From positions 992,001 through 1,056,000 of the forward strand of contig JALMLS010000577.1 in assembly GCA_038496445.1 (NCBI GenBank): a DNA stretch of 64,000 nt, read 5' to 3'. The stretch is from Trichosphaerium sp. ATCC 40318. Its lineage: Eukaryota > Protista > Tubulinea. A program made the position numbers and the translations under genes. Under the pieces are notes generated by a model. That model searched no databases, was not told the DNA's origin, and was given only the letters and a program-made list of their open reading frames with translations. Below, in pieces: positions 38,540 to 49,010 of the stretch (the stretch's first letter is position 1; each line of letters begins with the position of its first letter).

Positions 38540-41500
38540 ATCACGTGATTTCAAACAGAGCGAACGAGTTATTATTAGATTATTAGCGGTTTTTATTGTT
38601 TGACTGTTTTTATGGCTGTAAAACCTGAGTTGTCACATGCAGCATTGTATGGCTGCTGCTGCTTTTACATTTTGTACAAACTGTCCTTTGTCAATGTAAA
38701 CCAGCCTCTCATTTGTGGTCGTGCGTAGGCGTACCCACTCCCAACGAATAACAGGTCTATAATGTAACAATATTATTGTTTCATCTCTAATGGTATACCA
38801 CGACTGTCGTCGCTTTGGTCTTACTGAAAATCGCCATGGACGATCTCTTTTTCTCACGTTTGATGTCTTTATCCACCTAACAACATGAAGTTAACCACCA
38901 AAATAAATCACAATTTTCAAACCGTTTTAGTTTTTTCTCACTTGCCTTGTGAACGATTTGTACATATTGTACGAACCCTTTGACGATACATTGTGTCGCT
39001 TTGTTTTTTCACTCATGAATAAGTTGACTGAGAACAAGAAAAATCGTGTGTCCCTTGGGAGATGGTTTAGTTTAACCCCGAAATACTGAACAGCCGAGAG
39101 AAATGAGCACTTTGATGGATACGTACCACACGTAATAGTCGTGAACTGAAGGAACAGATTCTCTAGATACACCCATGCCAAGGAGTGTGGCAAGAACGAG
39201 AGCATTGAGTACAGGCTTTGTATTATCGCCAAAAAATCGCGATATTGAGTTTGAGTAACTGATAGAAAATTCCTATCAGGCGTTAGGAAGGCTAGAAACA
39301 CAGATAGGATACAAAGATTTGAGGGCGAAACTACAAAAACGTGATATAAAAAAATGAGATACAGGCACTACCACCCTTCAAAGGCAAGTAAGAAAGAAAC
39401 TGCAGTTATGCGAAACAAAATTGTAGGTAAAGTGAACTAGTAAAAGCTAAATCGTACGCTGTAGTTTACTGTTGTATGGTTGGGTTGCCTGTCTATAGGT
39501 AATGTGTGGTTAATCTCGTTGTCTTTTCTTAATTGCAATAGACGAGGGTCTACCGACTGTACTCTCGTTGCAGCTTGGCGTTGTCGTGTTTTGGGTGGGT
39601 GCTGAGTTAGTTGTGTTGGCGCTTTATTAACTTGCGGTTCTGGATCAACATGCAGCCTTCTCGGACCGTATTGTAGAAAATCATCCATACTATTGAATAA
39701 TATAACCTCCTCGTGATGCATTCTATGTTTTATTTATTGTTGTTTCGTTTAGATTGTGCTTATGTGAATGTTTAAATAACAAATGCATGTTTTGCATTAT
39801 AAAAAACATTACAGGTGTCAAAGAGCTGCAAGGGTACTCGTAAAATTTACAAACTGGGAATACACCACTTAAAAATATTGGTCACAGTGCAGCATTTCCA
39901 AGAGAGTGATAAAAACCGCCTACATAGCACTAACCGACAGCATCCCCAGAAGTAATGCAGCAAAAAAAGTTCACTTTGTGCAGTACATGTTTTATTTTTT
40001 TTTTGGAGGACAGCCAACACAAATAATGTAAGAGTGCAATAGCACGTCTGCCTGATTTAATATTAAGCTTCTGGGCTAGCGACGGATCTCGGAAAACTGC
40101 TTTTTTAACATAGTTCCAAAAACACAAGTACCAATAATGGTTCTAGCTTTGAATATTGTTAACGGTGGTGGCGGAACAAGAAGCTGAAATGTCCATGTTT
40201 TGTCGGAATTTTTTTTATTTTCGTAAAAACAAGGTAACCGCAATAGTTTTCTGAACGATTATCTACACAAGTTTTTTGGGAATTTACGTTCCAAGTTTTT
40301 TGTTTGTTAAACCATGCCATAAAAAAAATCAGGCGGAATGTTAATTACTGAGGAAACCTTTTCATACCATTCCAGGACTCATTTACAACGTTCTCTTTTT
40401 TCGTAAATAGTTTCGTATTGTTGAAAAGTAAGAAGTACAATTGCCTTCACGTTCATTGATGTCATTCTCGTGGGTGTAAGCTGTACGTGGTTTAACAGTA
40501 GTTTGGTAGCGCTAGTTGCTTCTTTGTAGGTGATAAATCGTACCTGTAACTTCGCATGGAATAAAGGTTAATAAGTGCAGTATGAGAATAGAAGAAAAAC
40601 AGCTACAGTAGTATCATAGAAAAAAACATGTGTACGCTGCATTTCCTGCCATTCTGACAATGTATGTTAACCGTGTAGTATTACTATAATGGTTATACGA
40701 ACAAGTTGCACGCAGTTATAGGAACAACAAAGTTGTTTATCTCGTCTGTACAAATAACTAGTTAAAAAAAAAACCAAAGACACGTGTGATTGCACTTTGG
40801 CATATTCTACTATGGAGGAGGAACTTGTTATGTAAACAATAATAATTCTAGGATTGAGAGCTTTAAGTCAATCTAAAACACGCTTGGGACTACATACAGG
40901 CGTCATTTGGCCGGAGAAGTGCCAGCAGCGAATTTTTAGAATTTCAATGATAGTTATTCACCATATTCACCACAATGCTCCCTATGGTCTATTTCTACAT
41001 GTTTTTGATTGTTCTTACCGATCAGTTTAGTACTGCATATAGCCTACCAATCAATTTTCGGTATGTATAAATAGCCTGGCGTTCTACACATACGACAGAA
41101 TCTTTTGTGCATTTTCATCTATTGAACTGGGTATGTGTTCCACCGCTACAATTCTAATCATCCGTCAAAGGATACATGTATGTAAACTTACAATGCAATG
41201 GAACGGTGAAAAATCTTAGGTAAGTGTTATCGTAACATTGTGAAAAAAAACCATAAAAAACACCTGCTGCTTCACTGCGTGGTATGCACAGACCGGAGTT
41301 CGTCCATAGCGTATTTTTTTGATATTTAGTATCTCCTAAACCCCTTTCTGTACTTCGCAGGTTTAGGGGATGTGATCGATTGCCAAACTCCTGAACCAGC
41401 CTCCTATTTTCGAGATGACAGAATTCTGCATTTTAGGAAAAAAACGGCGTGTATCGCTTCCCAGGTGCGCTAGAAATTAATTGGAGTAATTTCATCTAAA

Positions 41501-41590
41501 AACATTTTCTCAATGCTTTGCTTTTTTCAACACAACTTCTATCACGTGATAGAATACTCTACACTTTTTTGAGATTGGGTTCTTTCTACG
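38540..41590 (-). repeat. ~3.1-kb cassette copy 1 (gene + conserved non-coding region)
   Basis: Colinear conserved blocks shared with copies 2-4. Confidence 0.85.
38633..39721 (-). CDS. Orphan 4-exon protein, cassette copy 1 (253 aa; exons 39721-39458, 39272-39127, 39053-38946, 38876-38633)
   Basis: Exon phases join in frame (762 nt). Substitutions among the four copies are mostly synonymous in this frame. Intron 3 has an AG|GCAAGT donor. Confidence 0.8.
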
Positions 41591-42009
41591 GAGGTGAAAT
41601 TACTTCGTAAAAGCAGAAAGAAAGTGTTTCAAGGTTCGGATATCATTAATCTGTGGTAGAATAATAAAACGCTCAACTCGTACTAGTGCCTTGTTAATCC
41701 TAAGAATTTAACTTTACCACGGAAGTTGCCTATAAAAAGGCTAGTTGGGTATAAAACGTGACTGCTTATCGATGAGAGGCAAAAAGAAATCTTTGGTTGC
41801 TTGCTGGCATTCGGTAGCGATGAGTTCGGCTGTACAGCTTACAATTGAATCGTGTAGCTAAAGAACTGAAACAATATTATGTGGGAATGTGTGAGCGCGT
41901 GCTTGGTCGTTGATAACTAGTAACTCAAACAAGAACGAATTGTAAACCAAAGCTTTGACGTGATAATTCATTAACTCACTCGAAAGCAAATATGTTCTCA
42001 TAATTTTCA

Positions 42010-45000
42010 GTCACGTGATTTCAAATATTACCTGTTTACTCTGTTTATTTTGCTTTTGATCTGTAACCGGAGTTGTCACATGCAACATTGTATGGCTGCT
42101 GCTGCTTTTACATTTTTTACAAACTGCTTTTTATCAATGTACACCAACCTCTCGTTTGTGGTTGTACGCAAGCGTACCCACTCCCAATGAATAACAGGTC
42201 TTTGATGTAAAAGTATTATCAGTTCATCTCTAATGGTATGCCACACGTGTCGTCGCTTTGCCTGTACTGAAAATCTCCATGGACGATCTCTTTTCCTTAC
42301 GTTTGATGTCTTTACCCATCTAAGTACTGGAGTTAGTCTTAAAAACAATATTACTTTCATTTCAGAGGCTGTTGTGGTCATCAAAAACCTCTGGCGTATT
42401 TTTTTTAGTTTTTTCTCACTTGCCTTGTGAACGATTTGTACATATTGTACGAACCCTTTGACGATACATTGTGTCGCTTTGTTTTTTCACTCATGAATAA
42501 GTTGACTGCGAACAAGAAAAATCTTGTGTCCCTTGGGAGAAATATTAAACAAAAAGCCCGAACAACGGTACACAAAAAAACATTTACCAATGACGTTTTG
42601 GGAAGGAGCTGATTTTAAATGGTACGTACCATACGTGATAATCATGTATTGAAGGTCCAGACGCTTTAGAGACACCCATACCGAGTAGAGTTGCCATGAT
42701 AAGAGCGTTGAGTACAGGCTTTGTATTATTGCCAAAAAATCGCGATATTGAGTTTGAATAACTGATAGAAAATTCCTATCAGGCGTTAGGATGTAATAAG
42801 AATGTAAACAGAAAACTATGGAAGACCAGGTGAACTGCGTATAGAAACAAAAAGTGTCTCGTGACAAATTAAACAGTGCCTTTTACTAACTTTGCAAAGT
42901 ATATGACACGTTTTGCTACTAGTGCTAGTCATCACGTGTCCAGAAAAAAGACTGTTTGTTGGGAAAAAGGAATATAAAAAAACCCGACAGGACAAATTAA
43001 AAGTTAATTCGTACGCTGTGGTTTACTGTTGTGTGGTTGTAGTGTCTGTCTATAGGTAAGGTATAGTTTCTTTTCTTATCTTTGGTCATTTGTAATAGAT
43101 GAGGGTCTATACACTTTACTCTTGTTGTAGCATGGCGTCGACAGTTTTCTTGAAGCTGTATTGTTGGTTTTTGTTGAGTTTCTTGTGTTGGCTCTTTTTT
43201 AACTTGCGGTTCTGGATCAATATGCAGCCTTCTCGGACCGTATTGCAGAAAATCATCCATATTATTAAATAATATGACCTCCTCGTGCTCCATTCTATGT
43301 TTTATTTGATGTTATTGGCCAGGTTCACAGTGATTACGTGAATGTTTAAACAAACAACGTCAACAGATAGTAGCCGTAAGCACTTCACTAAGTTCAGAGG
43401 CCTGTTTAAATGACTTTGTACGAAAGTTGGATCACACTAGAAGTAGCTACCTTTCACAGTGCGGTAATTCTATTACAAGGGGTAAACAGCGCCTACATAG
43501 CGTTCAGTGGAGTATCCCGCGGAATATTAAAGGGCAAAAAAGTGCACTAGATTCTACAGCGAATGGCGCTATTCTCCCATATTATTGAGTTCTGTGTACC
43601 TCCACGGAAGCAAAATGATCAGTTTTACTTCACTTTGGGAATGCGAAGGGACTTTTCATTTTTTTTTTAAGTAGGAGAAGTCTACAGCCCTTTTTCGAGG
43701 AAGTTGGTGTGAAGCTGTTTGAGAATTATGTACAACACAACCTTCGGGTACCCTTTTCAAATATTCGAAGCTACAGTATTATTCATAAGTGTTCACGTGA
43801 CACTGGAGTTTGACGGAGGCGGAGCGAGACGGTAAATAGTGCATATTTTGTCGGGGTTGTATTGTTTAACACCAACCGTAATAGTTTTCTGAACGATTAC
43901 TGGCTGGGTGCACAACTTTTTTGGGAATTTGTGTTCCGTTCTTTACTTGAGTTAAAAAAAGACTCTTTCTTAAACATACCTTTCTGGGACTAATCGATAG
44001 TTTTCTGAGCTAAACAAGACATTATCATTCATACGAGTCTAGCGCTTAAATTCTTAGAGGGTTTTTTTCAAAGTTGTTCCTTCAAAATTTTCACGTGACG
44101 TTGTTGGAATACGCCTAATATTCGGCTGTATTTCCAAGGGTTCTTTTGTGTTTTTACCACGCGCTAGTGATTTAAACCAGTTATTTTGTGTTAACAGTTC
44201 TGCTGATGGTTAGCGGGGTACGTGATTCTTGTTCTCGTAAGTTGTTTTATGTTCAAAAAAAGTTGGTGTTGTTTTGTCATAATAACTTAAAAAAAACATG
44301 TGTATACTGCATTTCCTGCAATTCTGACAACGTATGCTAACCCCGCAGTATTACCATAACTGTTATTAGAATAAATACGCGCAGTATTGGAAAGTTTAGT
44401 ATAAGACAATCTTAATGTTATAACAATATTAAAACAACAGATCGCTGTTGCTCCATGCTGGATGTAACGTCGTACCTGTAAGTCGCATACAGAAAAGAAA
44501 ATATCTGCGTTATAGTACAGAGAGCATTATGTGTCGAGGATAGCAACTACAGGCGTCGATTTGCCACAAAAGAATGGATAAACGTGTTTTTCGTCCTTAG
44601 TTGATAAGAATTTGTTTAACGCAATGGTGGCAATAACCACTACACCCATCCCTGTTGTTGAAAGAACAGATACATTCTTTACACCGAGGATAGATTGACC
44701 CTCTCCTTTGGCTATTGGAAAGCGTATAGTGGCGCCGTGCGTATACAGTATGTGTGCGTAGTTTTGTATCAGTAATTACTGTAGGTTTGCGTTCCATCGA
44801 TACAATGCTAATTATTCGATAAAGGAGACCTATACATAATAATACAAGACAGTGGTACGAATGAAAAATCTTCGGTAAGCGGTATCGCAACTTTTTTTTT
44901 TCTTCGATTGTTTTCAAAAAACAGACAAAAACGCCTGTCGGGCACTACAAACACAGCCAATCGCGGAGAGACACCACACAAGGAATTATTGAGGTTATTA

Positions 45001-45130
45001 TCTCCTAAAACCCCTTTCTGTACTTCGCAGGATTTTAGGGGATGTGATCGATTGCCAAACTCCTGAACCAGCCTCCTATTTTCGAGATGACAGAATTCTG
45101 CATTTTACGAAAAAAACAAGTACACGTGAT
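42010..45130 (-). repeat. ~3.1-kb cassette copy 2
   Basis: Colinear conserved blocks shared with the other copies. Confidence 0.85.
42076..43293 (-). CDS. Orphan 4-exon protein, cassette copy 2
   Basis: Same exon structure as copy 1: MEHEEVILFN...KPVLNALIMATLLGMGVS...WDTRFFLF...RWVKTS...IQCCM*. Confidence 0.8.
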
Positions 45131-45743
45131 TAATTTATTTCATGAGGCGCGCTATAAAAACGTTTCAAAGGAACCACTTCCTGTTTTTAGACGTTTGATT
45201 TCTTAAGCAAAAATCTCCGCACGTGTTCGGTATTATCAGTTTTTTAGTAGTTCGAGCAAAGAATCCCTATGTACGTTATTTACCTTCTTGACGCGCGTAT
45301 GTTAATAATAACCCTTCGTGTTGTTTAATGGTAATTTTCAAAACTAATTGTTTGTAGCCCAATCGAGCTCTGAATGGCCCAATACGCTTCTAAACAGTGT
45401 CAAAACTACATCCGATAATGTAATTTTGATTGGTGGCGGTTTTTTTTTCAATTATTCACAACTCTAAAAAGGTGTGTAGGGAGTAATTTGATAAACGCGA
45501 GTAGATTACACGCACGTGCTTTTTTGCAACGCTTCCAAACGGCTCTTTTAGAAAATATTTTCACAAGGACTGGCACGGGTCTTTTTTAGTAAAGCGTTTA
45601 ATTAAACATTTTATTAAAGGCACGTTGTACCATAGATTGTAGTATGTCTGAATAAAGTAGAAACTGGTTTTTTTACCAGAATCTATAGCTTTACATTTTT
45701 ACACGTGTTTTCAAATGTCGTTGCTGTTTATTTACTGTGTAGT

Positions 45744-46784
45744 TCATGATATTACGCATCTACCTGTATTCTTGTCGATGGGTTGTAGTTGTATAACAGC
45801 ACGAATAGCTTCATCAAATACTTCTTTTAAACCAGTTTGCGTTATAGTAGAGCATTCCATGTATTTAACAGCACCAATATCTTTTGCTAATTGTGCACCT
45901 TGTTCATAAGAAATTGGTGCTTTTTTTATTCGTGACAACTTTTCAATCGTATCTGGTTTGTCTTTCAAGTCCAGTTTTGTGCCAACAAGAATTATAGGCA
46001 CATTTGGACTGTAATGTGATATTTCTGGCTTCCACTAGAGATCGGAGGTTAAGAAACAGAAAAATCAAAGAATTAAAAAGATTGCTATCTTTACGGGCTC
46101 AAAGATGTTGAAACTACCATAAGGAATAAAAGAAAAGTTGTTGTTACTGAATTAGTGTTTGTTTTTTGCATTTTACCTTTGATGTTACATTTTCGAATGA
46201 GCTTGGGTTTGCTATTGAGAAACAAATCAAAAATACATTTGTTTGCGGGTAAGAAAGAATTCTAAGGCGATCATATTCCGCTCGTCCCGCCTACAAAAAA
46301 AGATTAGTACAAAACGTATTCGCTTATATCGATAAAAAAAATTGGCGATATTCCATTTTTAGTGCATCATAACTCATAACCTACACCTTTTTCATCCCTC
46401 ATAGTTGGTATTATAGGTGCTAGCATGTAAATAAAACAGTGGTTGCTTGTTAACATGAACTACATACTCACAGTGATGAACAAATTGGAGCTCCAAATAT
46501 GGATTATCGTTTCTCTTTTGAATCAAATAATCCGTTGTCAGTTTGAAAAACGTACAGTGTCCCAAAGTCCTAATTTAACAGTTTGGTCGTCAACACGAAC
46601 ATTTGAGCTATAGTTATCTAACGAGAAGTGAATGTTACAGTTTTTAGCTTTTTAGTCGTTTACCGGGTACTGGCGGTATATATTCGCCAGGGAACGCGTT
46701 TGTTGTGTATGAAATGAGCATAGTAGTTTTACCGACTGTTCCATCTCCTACTATAACGCATTTTATTTCTCTAAATGAGTACAT
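45744..46784 (-). CDS. Atypical Rac-like Rho GTPase (4 exons)
   Basis: [40 protein letters not shown]|[22 protein letters not shown], and a C-terminal CVIS. Confidence 0.9.
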
Positions 46785-47455
46785 AAGATATTTATTGGTT
46801 TAGGGCATTTGTGGTGCCCGAAATTATATTTTACCGGCACTAAATTGCTACAGATTGTATGTACAATCTCTGGCATACCTTACGTGCTTTTCTTTACTCA
46901 TTTCGGCGTTTTGTAAAGCCCAGAACCTTTTATAGTATGTTCAGAAAAATAAAGATCAAGTCAATTCGGGTAAGGCGACTATTCTGACTTTAAGTTGGGT
47001 TTGAAAAAAAAACAGTGACAATATAGTATGGGTGTCAAAAAAGTGATAACGAATCTAGTGTCGTTCAATGATTGAGATTGACTATAACACTTTAATGCGC
47101 CACAAATATTCTGCAGGTCCTTCTAAAATGTCAATGCATTAGAACATATAAACGACAATGTATTGAAGGTTGAAATACACGTCCAGTTGACATTTCTCAG
47201 TGCACTTGGTTGCATTGTATCGCACATAAACCAAGTTCACGAGCAACTCAACGAGCTGGCTTACACTTTTTTGATCTTTCTACTCAATCTTGATGTTTAC
47301 ATTCATTCAGTTTCACATGGCTACAGCTATTACTAGAGCTTATTATCAGGGGTTATACAGTTATTTATTATCATACATTTATTTACAGTTTTTTTTAATC
47401 CTTCGCCTGAAGCCAAGCATGCTTGAATGCGATATTTTTAGAATGTTTTCTTTTT

Positions 47456-48260
47456 TTACAAAATCGCACATGATTTTTTTTTCTTGTTCTTCTTTTTATG
47501 CGTAGGCTCTAGTATAACAGAACGAATAGCTTCATCAAACACGTTCTTCAGCCCACGCTGTGTTATGGAAGAGCATTCCATGTATTTAACAGCACCAATA
47601 TCTTTAGCTAGTTGTAAACCTTGTTCAAAAGCAATTGGTGATTTTTTTTGACGTGACAGTCTATTGTTCGTCTCTGGATCATCCCGTAGGTCTAGCTTTG
47701 TACCAACAAGGATTATTGGTTTACCTGGACAGTGATGGGATATCTCTGGGTTCCACTAGAGACAGAAAGTTAGAAATGGAGAAGAAGCAAGGGGAATCTC
47801 ATTCTTGATGTTCGTGCTTACCTTTGATTTAATGTTTCCGAACGAGGTTGGCATGATTATTGAGAAACAAAGTAAGAATACATCAGTTTGCGGGTAAGAA
47901 AGAGGTCTAAGACGATCATATTCTTCTTGTCCTGCCTACAAAATAGATTTAGACATACTTCATCTTAAAACAAGGTTTTTTGAGGTTGTTCTTAAAACGT
48001 ACCGTATCCCATAGGCCTAAGTTAATTACATTTCCATCAACGATAACGTTTGCGCTGTAGTTATCTAAAAACAAGAATGAGTAAACGAGCAATTGTTGAC
48101 AATATTTTTTGGTGTAAAAAGCGCACTTACCGAATACTGTTGGAACGTATTCTCCTGGAAACGCATTTGTTGTGTATGAAATAAGCATACACGTTTTGCC
48201 AACTGCGCCATCTCCGACTACGACGCATTTAAATGCTCTACAACGGCTTGCGTATGACAT
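47456..48260 (-). CDS. rac: Rac-like Rho GTPase (4 exons), canonical
   Basis: [40 protein letters not shown]|[17 protein letters not shown], and a polybasic tail [13 protein letters not shown]. Confidence 0.93.
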
Positions 48261-48629
48261 TTGTTGTTGTTATGAGGTTGTTAGTTGATTATGAGGGAGT
48301 TTATGCGAAAAGCACTGTTAGGCTAAAATTATGTTCAAATTTTCGCCTAACGCCATGGAGTACTTCTTTCACAATTGCGCATAGTGGTATAGCGTAAGGA
48401 GGAAATAAACGCTGTCAAGTTTGGTTTAAGCGTATAGGTGTACTGATTGAGGTAAATGGTGTCAACGCGGCTAGGTCTTTACAGAAACCATGCAGATACA
48501 CGCAACGGTAATTCGCATTACAAAAAAAGAACATTGCTGTACTAAAAGTCAAACAGAGTAAAGATGGATACATTGTACTTGTGTTGTCTTAAACATTTCA
48601 CAGTATTTAATGCTCGTTTTTGTATAACT

Positions 48630-49010
48630 TTAACCTAGAATACTTGGACCAAAACCTCCTGTTTATACTATAAAAACTGTCAGAATAAGAAAGAAATAAG
48701 AAAAAATACTCTTACCAATCGATACCAGCATGATCTTGGTATCCAAACGCCAATACCCCAAGCTTCAATTCCAATACTTAGCTCTCAGTTGAGATCCATC
48801 TGAAGTATGAATTAGCGTTTCCATCAAAGCAACTGGGAAACCTGCGTAAAATGTAGTTGTACAGGGTTTAGTTTGACTGGATACTCCAAAAAGCAATCCA
48901 GGGTCGGAGTTCACACTATTTATCTGACGTCGTTTGGTATTACAGGTTTATTTGGAGTACATAAGATAGATTTAAGGGTACAGGCCACAGACTTTGGTCT
49001 AAAGCAATTA
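48630..49010. pseudogene. Degenerate LRR-gene fragments; 48630-48870 is duplicated at 52370-52660
   Basis: GVHTIYL..GVHKIDL on + resembles the 6131 LRR gene. Shared strings (gaatacttggac, aataagaaagaaataagaaaaa, ttccatcaaagcaactggga) recur at 52.4-52.6 kb. Confidence 0.45.

Noticed and set aside
38927-39301. ORF-track translation MFLAFLTPDRNFLSV... as the product
   Set aside because: Wrong frame for exon 2. The synonymous-substitution pattern and splice phases support the EFSISYSNS... frame.
41332-41370. Telomerase-template-like CCTAAA(A)CCCC in the cassette
   Set aside because: The A-run length differs between copies, the host telomere repeat is unknown, and it is equally explained as a hairpin arm or branch/polypyrimidine tract.
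38540-41590. Cassette as an autonomous transposon
   Set aside because: No transposase, reverse transcriptase or Rep-helicase motifs, TIRs, LTRs or TSDs seen.
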